Source: an uncultured Candidatus Poseidoniales archaeon (GTDB taxonomy: Archaea > Thermoplasmatota > Poseidoniia > Poseidoniales > Thalassarchaeaceae). Taken from it: a stretch of 64,000 bases of DNA. A program made the translations under genes and the position numbers. The notes beneath the pieces were generated by a model. It was given only the letters and a program-made list of their open reading frames with translations. It was not told where the DNA came from and searched no databases. Of the stretch, positions 54,634 through 63,385 are shown one piece after another; within the stretch, counting starts at the first letter, position 1; every line of letters starts with the position of its first letter. Location of the stretch: NCBI GenBank assembly GCA_902593945.1, contig CACJKA010000005.1, forward strand, positions 16,643 through 80,642, in the 5' to 3' direction.

Positions 54634-57315
54634 ATGGAAGATGAGGATTTCCTAATTCTCGACGATGATGACGAGTCTGAATCATCTATTCCTGCAAATA
54701 AATCTGCTTCTGAAAAAATAATTAATTTGGATTCTAAAGAAATTATTTCAGGCATCTCAAAAACAGTTGGAGATAAAATTATTCAGTTTAAAGAATCTAA
54801 TGAATTAAAGAAGATTTTAGATGATGGTAAAGAGAATTTGATTTCATTTTCTAGAAGTGCCGATAATTTATTTGATACAGACTTAGTCATCGATGGAAGT
54901 TATGAAATTGAATGGGACATTGATGGTATGGACTGTGCAGATTGTGCAATGAAAGCAACCAGGGCAGTAAACCGACTTCCAGGAATTCACAAAGTCAATG
55001 TATCAGTTACTGAAGGAAATGTACGATTCAATCTAGATATGGTCAAAGGCAGAGTTTCTCGTGTTAATTCAGTACTGGAAAGTTTAGGGCATAACCCAAA
55101 AATAGCTTGGCAAGCAGTCTCAGGGCTTACTCCCGGTCGTGCCGCAAGTAATCTTGGGATAGATAGGAACACACTTAGGCATGCATTACTTGAGGTTCCT
55201 GGAATAATTAATATTAGATTTGAAGAAGGTAAAATAGAACTTCAGATGATAGAATTTAATTCTTTAAAATTGCAAGAAATCTCTGATGAGAGAATATCAC
55301 AATTACTCGGTGAAAATTTGAAGTTAGAGAAATCCATCAGTTCAAAACTCAGGCCTGATCAAGTACAACTTCTTTCAGCTGTTTTTACAATTCCATTATT
55401 ATTTGGAGTGATAGCAATAGAAGAATTACCTACAATTCCCAATAATACTGCATTATTATTGGCAGTTATTGGAATTTCATTTGCAGGATTACCAATGCTA
55501 AGAAAAGCCGCTTCTAGTATTAGGAATAGGGTTCTTGGTTTCCAAGTTTTAACATCTTTAGCGGTAATTGGCGCTATGATAATGCAAGAATATGTGGAAG
55601 CTCTCCTAGTTACTGGATTAGTAGCGTTTGCATCTCATCTTGAAGAAATTGCTTTGGTTAGAGCTAGAAATGCTATGCAGGGGGGACTAGATAGACTTCC
55701 TAGGCTAGCCCGACTTTCTTCTGATAGCGAGAAAATCTCAAATGAACAAGATTGGGTACCGATTCAAGCATTGAGTGTTGGAGACCTAGTCGAAATAAGA
55801 TCAGGAGAAGTAGCTCCTGTTGATGGAATTATTATTGATGGAACTGGAGAAATTGATCGTGCACCATTAACTGGCGAACCGATTCCTATTGGTGTATCTA
55901 AAGGAGATAGTGTTGAAGCTGGATTAGTATTGGTCAGAGGCCCGATTATTGTAAAATGTGAAGCGATTGGGGACTCGACTAGATTGGCTAGTTTAATTGA
56001 TTTAGTACGTAATTTCCGTGAGATGCCCACCAAAACCCAAACTACAATTGAACGTTTTACTACAGTCTGGGTACCATTAGTATTGATTGGCTCTCTTGTT
56101 TATGGTTTGGTTGCCAAAGATTTTGTCACAACTCTAGTATTGTGGGTTGTTTCTTGTCCCTGTGCTTTACTTCTAGCCGCACCAGTCCCTCATGCAACAG
56201 CACTTTCAGCAGCTTCAGCATCAGGTTTAGTGGCAAGAGGGGGAGATGTTCTTGAATCAGCAGCTTCTATTGAACTTGCATTATTAGATAAAACTGGGAC
56301 ATTAACTACAGGTCGTCCAAAAATCGGGGAGTTTGTATGTAATAATGGTCAGAATAGAGACAATATTCTTGCGATTGTTTCAGCACTAGAAAAACGTTCT
56401 AATCACCCTTACGCACGAGCAATAATTTCCTTAGCAGAAGTATCAGAAATAAAACCAAAGAGAGTTACTGGTATCACAGATGGAGATGCAGGAGTTTCAG
56501 GTAAATTAAGTGGTAAAGAATTAATCTTTGGAAGAGTTGATTGGTTGATATCTCAGAACGTTGAGATTTCAGATGAAGTACAACAAGTTTTAGATTCGGC
56601 TCAGAAGAAAGGCCATGGGGTTAGTGTCCTATCTCTAGAGGGTAAGTCAGTGGCTGCTTTCACCTTCATTCATGATGATGCTAGAGACGGCGTTTTAGAA
56701 ATGGTCCAGTCATTACAGAAAGAAGGAATAATTGTAGAGATTCTTAGTGGAGATGAACAATCCTCAGTAGAGTCTTTTGCCAAAAAAATTGGGATAGATC
56801 CAAATATCTGTAGAGGTAATGTTGACCCAGAAGGCAAAGCTCAATGGGTCATGGATAGAAGTAAGGCACGTAAAACTCTCATGGCTGGCGATGGATTCAA
56901 CGATGCCGGTGCATTGGCAGCAGCAAATATTGGAGTAGCAGTGGGTAGTGGTGATCAAGTAAATCTAGAAGCAGCAGATGTATTAATTCCAGGTGATGAT
57001 CCTAGAGCTATAATTAGTTTAATTCAACTTGCTAAGAGGACGAAGATGATTGTAAATATTAATATTATAATCTCAGTAGTTGTTACTCTAATCCTAGTCG
57101 CTACTACATTGGCCGGTTACAACACAAGTATTGCAGCGGGAATTGCAATCCATGAAGCAAGTGCTTTCTTGGTAATTATTAATGGAATGTTCGTTTCTAG
57201 TAACAGCGGTAATAATCGCAGAATAACAGTATTAGTCAATCTTATCAGAGATTTGGTTAATGACCTTAAGGAAGCATTTATCGCACTTTACAAGACCAAT
57301 AATACGACCGCTTGA
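54634..57315 (+). CDS. heavy-metal-translocating P1B-type ATPase
   Basis: HMA domain GMDCADCAMKATRAV, TM6 motif SCPCALLLA, phosphorylation site DKTGTLT, SNHPYA and GDGFNDAGAL. Metal specificity was not assigned. Confidence 0.92.
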   Translation: MEDEDFLILDDDDESESSIPANKSASEKIINLDSKEIISGISKTVGDKIIQFKESNELKKILDDGKENLISFSRSADNLFDTDLVIDGSYEIEWDIDGMDCADCAMKATRAVNRLPGIHKVNVSVTEGNVRFNLDMVKGRVSRVNSVLESLGHNPKIAWQAVSGLTPGRAASNLGIDRNTLRHALLEVPGIINIRFEEGKIELQMIEFNSLKLQEISDERISQLLGENLKLEKSISSKLRPDQVQLLSAVFTIPLLFGVIAIEELPTIPNNTALLLAVIGISFAGLPMLRKAASSIRNRVLGFQVLTSLAVIGAMIMQEYVEALLVTGLVAFASHLEEIALVRARNAMQGGLDRLPRLARLSSDSEKISNEQDWVPIQALSVGDLVEIRSGEVAPVDGIIIDGTGEIDRAPLTGEPIPIGVSKGDSVEAGLVLVRGPIIVKCEAIGDSTRLASLIDLVRNFREMPTKTQTTIERFTTVWVPLVLIGSLVYGLVAKDFVTTLVLWVVSCPCALLLAAPVPHATALSAASASGLVARGGDVLESAASIELALLDKTGTLTTGRPKIGEFVCNNGQNRDNILAIVSALEKRSNHPYARAIISLAEVSEIKPKRVTGITDGDAGVSGKLSGKELIFGRVDWLISQNVEISDEVQQVLDSAQKKGHGVSVLSLEGKSVAAFTFIHDDARDGVLEMVQSLQKEGIIVEILSGDEQSSVESFAKKIGIDPNICRGNVDPEGKAQWVMDRSKARKTLMAGDGFNDAGALAAANIGVAVGSGDQVNLEAADVLIPGDDPRAIISLIQLAKRTKMIVNINIIISVVVTLILVATTLAGYNTSIAAGIAIHEASAFLVIINGMFVSSNSGNNRRITVLVNLIRDLVNDLKEAFIALYKTNNTTA

Positions 57316-57340
57316 TAACCAATAAGGGGTAGCGAGGGAT

Positions 57341-57733
57341 ATGTCCGATTCAGTAGAGGTCGAGTCGAAACACGCAGCCCCTTTGGCAGAATGTGCACAT
57401 TGCAACCATATGTTACCACCAGGTTTAGGTGAAATCCAGTGTGAAATATGTGGGGCAATTTGTCGTGTTTCACATCAACCTACTGTCGATGCCTTGATCG
57501 AAGAAACAGTTCCTTGCCCTCATTGCAATATGATTGTGGTTGCTGGTACTGAAGAAAGGCCTGTAGCCCTAACATGTAGTGGTTGTTCTGGTGTTTTTAC
57601 TTTGACTGCAAAGGTTGTGAAGGTGGAAATAGAGTGCCCAGCTTGTGAAAGAAAACTACGTATTCGCCCACGTCCAGGAACTCGTCAGCTAGATTGTCCT
57701 GCGTGTGATTCCGCATTTAATGTGACATTTTGA
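57341..57733 (+). CDS. triple zinc-ribbon protein (three tandem CxxC...CxxC units)
   Basis: CAHC...CEIC, CPHC...CSGC and CPAC...CPAC at a ~40-aa period. No other domain. Confidence 0.65.
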   Translation: MSDSVEVESKHAAPLAECAHCNHMLPPGLGEIQCEICGAICRVSHQPTVDALIEETVPCPHCNMIVVAGTEERPVALTCSGCSGVFTLTAKVVKVEIECPACERKLRIRPRPGTRQLDCPACDSAFNVTF

Positions 57734-57852
57734 AGTAACAAAATTCTATTCTGTGTATTCTTCAAACCCTAACAAAACAGGGATTATGGTGAGATTTACA
57801 ACCATCGCTATCATATAGTCAAGAAATACCGTAAAGATGGGGATGGGTACCC

Positions 57853-58953
57853 ATGAGTGAAAGCAAGTCGCCAAAAGGGAATGATACCGAAGGTATCGAT
57901 GAACTTTCTAGCCTTCGCGCTCAGCATGTTCTCTCTGCATCTTCTACTATGGATTCAGTAGCCAGAGCTCGTGACAGATTAGATGAAGAATCAAAATTAA
58001 GATCTGGTATCCGCAGAGAAAGAAGAATGCGTATTGCAGAGATGACAGAGCGAGTATCAGGAATGCACGGTGCAATAAGAAAAGCCAATGAAATTTTATT
58101 TGAAGAACAGCTTCAAAATATTGAAGCTGATTTAAGGGCAGGTCTTGAAGAAGAAATGGAGAGACTTGAAACCGAAGCTCTGGAAAGAGAAGAAAGAATT
58201 CTTCGTGAAGAAATGCTTCACCGTTTACGCCGTGAAGAAAATCGCCTTAGAGAACAACTTGACTTGGAAAGAGATAGGCGTATAGAGGCACATACGTCGA
58301 AATTACGAAACCGATTAAAGTCTGAAATGGAAGTAGAACTTACTCGTAGACAGGCATTTTTGAGTGAAAGATTAGAGTTAGAAGCGAATCAAGATGTTGA
58401 GCGAATGGAAAGAAGAGTTGAGATGGATCTTCGTGAAGTTATGGAATCACAAGTCCATCGAAAGGTAGAGGCTTACCGTTTAGATCAAGAAATTCAAATG
58501 AGAGAAAGGCTTGCTGAAGCAAGAAAGGCTAGAGAATCAGAATTAGATAAGCAACTGAAAGTTGAGCGCAAATCGTTAGAGAAGGAGATGTTAACAGATG
58601 TCGACGTTAGAATCAAGTCTCTTGAAGAAGAAGCAGAACAAAATGCTTTATCAGACCTTGATAGAAGATTCAGAGCCGAAAGAAAAACAATGGAAGCAGC
58701 GTTATCACTACGTCGCCAAGAATTAGCATTAGAAAGCGAAGTTGAAATGGAGCAGAGAGTTGCTAATTTCGCTAAAGAGAGAGAAACGGAATTACTCAAT
58801 ACTCTTGAAGAACAATTTTCTAAGAGGACTGACATTTCAAAGAAAGAAGTTAGTGAGATAATGAAATCTCTAGAATCTCAACTGAAGGTTAAATGGGAAA
58901 AAATAATCTTAGACGCTAAACAAACAACTCTCGAAAGAGTTAGTGAAGATTAG
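57853..58953 (+). CDS. highly charged (E/R/K/L-rich) long alpha-helical / coiled-coil protein
   Basis: 366 aa dominated by segments such as EEEMERLETEALEREERILREEMLHRLRREENRLREQLDLERDRR. Its stop TAG overlaps the stop of convergent parA2. Confidence 0.7.
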   Translation: MSESKSPKGNDTEGIDELSSLRAQHVLSASSTMDSVARARDRLDEESKLRSGIRRERRMRIAEMTERVSGMHGAIRKANEILFEEQLQNIEADLRAGLEEEMERLETEALEREERILREEMLHRLRREENRLREQLDLERDRRIEAHTSKLRNRLKSEMEVELTRRQAFLSERLELEANQDVERMERRVEMDLREVMESQVHRKVEAYRLDQEIQMRERLAEARKARESELDKQLKVERKSLEKEMLTDVDVRIKSLEEEAEQNALSDLDRRFRAERKTMEAALSLRRQELALESEVEMEQRVANFAKERETELLNTLEEQFSKRTDISKKEVSEIMKSLESQLKVKWEKIILDAKQTTLERVSED

Positions 58954-59858
58954 TTTCCTTGAATTCTTTGAATTCTTAAGTCTGCTTCTTTTGCAAAATC
59001 CCATAGATTCTGACTAGCTGGATTTGATTTATTTGGCTTTTTGGCGATTACAATTGGTGCTCCTTCTAATGGTGATTCCGCTATAGATATGGATCTAGCA
59101 ATCTGAGTTGTGAATACTCGTTCGCCGAAATGCTTCCTTGCTTGTTCGGTAACTGTTTCACATAATTTACTTCGAGTTTGTACCATGGTGAGTACAATTC
59201 CTAACAATCTTAAGTCTGGATTAACTGCTTTTTGAACCTCTTTTATCATATTAATCAATTGTCCCATTCCTTCCAGAGCATAGAACTCTGCTTGTATAGG
59301 AATTAGTACCCACTGGGCCGCAGTTAACGCATTTGTAGTTAATAATCCGAGAGAGGCTGGCGTATCAATTATGATCACATCGAAGTGTTCCTCGGCTTGA
59401 ACTAGAACTGACTTCAATCTAGCCTCCCTACCAAATCTTGTAGCCAAGTCTATTTCAACTCCTGAAAGATCTAGGTCAGCAGGTAGGATCCATAAATTGT
59501 TGATTGCAATTTCTTTTGGCGGCCCTCTCTTTTTCTCTGGATTATGTTTTCTCCAAGATTTCTTCATTGATTGAGTTAGATTACCTGGACCGAGAAGACA
59601 TTGGTTTAGACTAACTTGTGTTCCATCAATACCTCCTTTGAATAACTCATTCATTGTTGGTCCAAGTGTTCTCTTGTCTATTCCAAATGTTGTAGCAACG
59701 TTTCCTTTAGGATCTAAATCAATGAGTAAAACACGTCTTGCTTTGATTCCCATTTCTACATTACCAGTGGCAAGAGAGGATGCTAAATTTACTGCAGTAG
59801 TAGTCTTCGAACAACCACCTTTGTGATTGACAACTGCGATTACTACTGGCTTCGCCAT
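58950..59858 (-). CDS. parA: ParA/Soj-family ATPase paralogue with basic insertion
   Basis: MAKPVVIAVVNHKGGCSKTTT (KGGxxKT deviant Walker A), LIDLDPKGN, VIIIDTPASLG and IPIQAEFYALEGMGQL. A ~25-aa basic insert is present (SMKKSWRKHNPEKKRGPPKE). I prefer ATG 59858, preceded by GGAG. The track's TTG 59897 adds 13 codons. Confidence 0.85.
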   Translation of the reverse strand: MAKPVVIAVVNHKGGCSKTTTAVNLASSLATGNVEMGIKARRVLLIDLDPKGNVATTFGIDKRTLGPTMNELFKGGIDGTQVSLNQCLLGPGNLTQSMKKSWRKHNPEKKRGPPKEIAINNLWILPADLDLSGVEIDLATRFGREARLKSVLVQAEEHFDVIIIDTPASLGLLTTNALTAAQWVLIPIQAEFYALEGMGQLINMIKEVQKAVNPDLRLLGIVLTMVQTRSKLCETVTEQARKHFGERVFTTQIARSISIAESPLEGAPIVIAKKPNKSNPASQNLWDFAKEADLRIQRIQGN

Positions 59859-59914
59859 GTTCTCCACTAATGCTCTGGGAAGACTGAAGGTGTTCAATCC
59901 TGTTGGCTAAATTC

Positions 59915-60898
59915 TCACTGAATTACCGGTACTGGTACTTCTGAAAGGATCTTTCGCATTAGGTGTTGACCTGTTACTCCACGAATCTTTGACTCTGGTT
60001 TCAATACGATTCTGTGGCTTACAACTTGAAGTGCAACATTCTTGATATCATCAGGAATTACGTAATCTCTACCATCGATTGCTGCGCTTGCACGGCTGGT
60101 CTTGAATAGTGACTGACTTGCACGAGGTGAAGCTCCAGTAATTACTCTGTGATCTTCACGTGTACGGTGTACAAGTTCAACAATGTATGACATGATTGCA
60201 GGGTCTACGTGGACTGTTTCCAGTGCTTTTTGCATTGCTACAACTTTCTTTGGTGAAGTAATCTGCTCAACATCGTGAGCATCCTTTCCTCTTAGTTTCC
60301 TTCTTTGTAGAATTGCCTTTTCTTCTTGCCTGTTAGGGTAACCCATTGACATCTTCATCAAGAAACGGTCCATCTGTGCTTCAGGTAGAGGATATGTTCC
60401 TTCTTGCTCGATTGGGTTCTGTGTAGCCATTGTAATGAAAGGAGCAGGTAACTTGTGAGTAATACCTTCAATTGTTACTTGCTTTTCTTCCATCGCTTCC
60501 AGCAAAGCAGCTTGTGTCTTTGGTGGAGCACGGTTAATCTCGTCAGCTAGTAGAACGTTTGTGAATAGTGGACCAGGACGTAACTTGAACTCTCCAGCTT
60601 GCTGATCGTACATGTATGTCCCCATGATATCTGCAGGTAGAAGATCAGGAGTAAATTGAACACGCTTAAACTTACAACCAAGTGCTGTAGCGAATGTATT
60701 TGCCATCAAAGTTTTAGCTAATCCAGGGAAATCCTCAATCAACATATTTCCATTTGAAAGTATACCTACAGAGATTCTTCTGAGGTTTTCTTGCTTCCCA
60801 ATAATTACCTTGGATACTTCATTCATCAATGCATTTGAAATCTGCGAAACCGTTTGAATTAACTCACGGGACTTCGGGTCACTGGCTGCCATAGTCAT
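59915..60898 (-). CDS. moxR: MoxR-family AAA+ ATPase
   Basis: Walker A-like FPGLAKTLMA, Walker B/sensor LLADEINRAPPKTQAALLEAMEE and TQNPIEQEGTYPLPEAQMDRF. Confidence 0.9.
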   Translation of the reverse strand: MTMAASDPKSRELIQTVSQISNALMNEVSKVIIGKQENLRRISVGILSNGNMLIEDFPGLAKTLMANTFATALGCKFKRVQFTPDLLPADIMGTYMYDQQAGEFKLRPGPLFTNVLLADEINRAPPKTQAALLEAMEEKQVTIEGITHKLPAPFITMATQNPIEQEGTYPLPEAQMDRFLMKMSMGYPNRQEEKAILQRRKLRGKDAHDVEQITSPKKVVAMQKALETVHVDPAIMSYIVELVHRTREDHRVITGASPRASQSLFKTSRASAAIDGRDYVIPDDIKNVALQVVSHRIVLKPESKIRGVTGQHLMRKILSEVPVPVIQ

Positions 60899-60982
60899 CT
60901 TTCAACACCTTCTAACATCCCCCTGCCCCGTTTTTTAATACTAAAGGGTTGGGTGTCTATGAACTAGTTCTGCATCGTATTC

Positions 60983-62761
60983 TTAACGTCCCCAGAAGTG
61001 GTCGTCTTTACGATGAATCTCAATTAATTCCTCTAAAACTTCCTCTTCAGCAGCGGAGAGGTCCATCTTTCTGAGCTTCTTTGCATGTGAAGCAGGGATG
61101 TCGACCAACATGATATCATTCTCATCAAGTTGCCTTCCAACAGTAACTCCATCAATTGCCACCGCTACTTCAGATCCTTGCAATGCTTCTTTCATTGAAT
61201 CTTGACCTGAACGGATTGATTTTATTCTTCCAATTCTGGTTCCTTCCTTTAGCAAATGTTGTCCAACATGAATTCTTCCAGCGAGTACTCTGACTCCGAT
61301 CACAGCTGGCTTACTAGCTCGGAATGTATGGTCAGGGAGGAATCTAATTCTTCCAGGATAGACTACAACCTCTCTTGATTCTTCTTCAAGCTCCTTTGTT
61401 CTCTTCTCTACCCATTCTTCCCTTTCTTCTAGGATACGATAAATGATATCAGAGCCAATGTATTTGACACCATTTTCAGAGTTGTCTATCTCAGTTTGTG
61501 CATCAGCTAATATGTCTGTAGCGAATGCCATAATGATTCTATGAAGCGGATCTTTTGCATTCTCAGCAGATCTAACATCTCTACGATTTACTTTCCCAAT
61601 TGTTGCATGACGAATTGGTAAATCAAGTTCTTTCAATTCTTTTGCTAGAGCTTCTAAACCACCAACAGTATCAGCTTTGATGGTAACTCCTTCTTCATCT
61701 AACTCGATAGAAAGATTAGCCTCATTATTTGCTGCATTAAGAGCCTCTAGACGCTCTTCATCAGTATTTACGACTCTGAGTGTAGTACCAGCAAGAACAC
61801 CGTCTATATCGGGTGCTGAGACTTTCAAACCAGATGCTGCATGAGCAACATCTGAATCATCCCACCTGTCACCGGCGTCTCTCATTTCTGACATCCCTCT
61901 TGGAGAAAACATTCCACGTACTCGAGTAGATATTCCTCCCTCTTGAGTTACTAGAACTATCTCGTCTCCTTTACGAATTGAACCTCGATATAGAATAACA
62001 TCCAGAGTTTTTCCTAGCCCTCTTTCTTCTTTCATTTCTAGAACAGTTCCTTCTCCAGCACCTTCAACATCTTTCAGTTTGTCACTAAGGTATCTTTCTG
62101 CCATTCCGATTACAACTGCCAATAGGTCTTGGATTCCTTCACCTTCTTTTGCAGAGATTGGAACTAATGCAATCTCTTTAGTGAAATCTTTGACTTTATC
62201 ATACCGTTCAATATTGAATCCATGTTCTGCAAAAGAGCCAACTAAGTCCCAATATCTCTGGTCAAAATAACCGATGGTATCCTTTGTTTGATTTCTAATT
62301 GCGAGAGCCATAGGTCTGTCTCTAACTGATTGCCAACCGTGAATCCTGTCAACTTTATTTGCTGCGATAACGAATGGAGTTTTTGAGTTTTTCAAGATAC
62401 GAATTGATTCAATTGTTTGTGGCATACATCCATCATGAATATCTACCATTAAGATTGCAACGTCTGCTAAAGAACCACCTCTAGTTCGTAATGTAGAGAA
62501 TGAATGGTGACCTGGAGTATCAATGAACAGAAGTCCTGGAGAATCGAATGACTTTCCACCCATCAGAGGAGAACATAATTCATTCAACAAATCAGCTGGA
62601 ACTTCTGTTGCTCCAATGTGTTGAGTAATTCCACCCGCTTCTCTATCCATTACAGAAGCCTGTCTGCCAGAACCAAGAGAACGAATGTGGTCTAGTAGGC
62701 TAGTTTTACCGTGATCTACATGCCCTAATACGGAAACAATTGGCTGTCTACGGTTTTCCAT
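60983..62761 (-). CDS. infB: translation initiation factor aIF5B (aIF-2/InfB homologue)
   Basis: PIVSVLGHVDHGKTSLLD, DTPGH and NKVD. I prefer ATG 62761, which has GAGGTG 6 nt upstream. The track's TTG 62788 adds 9 codons. Confidence 0.93.
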   Translation of the reverse strand: MENRRQPIVSVLGHVDHGKTSLLDHIRSLGSGRQASVMDREAGGITQHIGATEVPADLLNELCSPLMGGKSFDSPGLLFIDTPGHHSFSTLRTRGGSLADVAILMVDIHDGCMPQTIESIRILKNSKTPFVIAANKVDRIHGWQSVRDRPMALAIRNQTKDTIGYFDQRYWDLVGSFAEHGFNIERYDKVKDFTKEIALVPISAKEGEGIQDLLAVVIGMAERYLSDKLKDVEGAGEGTVLEMKEERGLGKTLDVILYRGSIRKGDEIVLVTQEGGISTRVRGMFSPRGMSEMRDAGDRWDDSDVAHAASGLKVSAPDIDGVLAGTTLRVVNTDEERLEALNAANNEANLSIELDEEGVTIKADTVGGLEALAKELKELDLPIRHATIGKVNRRDVRSAENAKDPLHRIIMAFATDILADAQTEIDNSENGVKYIGSDIIYRILEEREEWVEKRTKELEEESREVVVYPGRIRFLPDHTFRASKPAVIGVRVLAGRIHVGQHLLKEGTRIGRIKSIRSGQDSMKEALQGSEVAVAIDGVTVGRQLDENDIMLVDIPASHAKKLRKMDLSAAEEEVLEELIEIHRKDDHFWGR

Positions 62762-62767
62762 CGTGAC

Positions 62768-62773
62768 CACCTC
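62768..62773 (-). promoter_or_regulatory. Shine-Dalgarno-like GAGGTG, 6 nt upstream of the infB ATG
   Basis: The + strand cacctc at 62768-62773 reads GAGGTG on the coding strand. Confidence 0.5.
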
Positions 62774-62802
62774 ATGTTCCTTCCTCAATTAATTGAATTG
62801 TT

Positions 62803-63258
62803 TTATTCGTATATTTGTGACTCTGCGTCAAGTACCCAGTCACATAGTCCATCTGGAAACCATAGTCCAAGCTCGAATGCTGCAGTATCTTCCCCATCAC
62901 TGCCGTGAATTATATTGTGACCGATATCCATAGCCCAATCTCCACGGATTGTCCCAGGTGCTGCTTCTCTACCGTTAGTCGGTCCAATGATATTACGTGC
63001 AACAGAAATAGCATCTACTCCAGTCCAAGCCATAGCAACAACAGGTCCAGAAGTAATGAATTCAATAAGTCCAGAGTAAAACGGGCGTTCTGAGTGTACT
63101 GCATAGTGAGCTTCTGCTAATTCCATTGAAGGAGTTAGTTGACGAAGACCGACCATACGTAGTCCTTTGCGCTCGAATCTGTTGATTATTTCACCAACAA
63201 GTCCTCTTTGGACACCATCAGGTTTGATCATAATATAGGTTGTTTGCATGTCTGCCAT
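62803..63258 (-). CDS. ndk: nucleoside diphosphate kinase
   Basis: [27 protein letters not shown] and the active-site His context NIIHGSD. Confidence 0.95.
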   Translation of the reverse strand: MADMQTTYIMIKPDGVQRGLVGEIINRFERKGLRMVGLRQLTPSMELAEAHYAVHSERPFYSGLIEFITSGPVVAMAWTGVDAISVARNIIGPTNGREAAPGTIRGDWAMDIGHNIIHGSDGEDTAAFELGLWFPDGLCDWVLDAESQIYE

Positions 63259-63385
63259 GATTCCGCCGACCCACCATCCCTATTTCAATCAAGAGGTGAT
63301 AATAAGAATAGGAAAGAATGATTGATATTGAAGATTTAATAGTTCGATTCTTTCTCATAGTATTACAGGAGACGATATAATCGAG

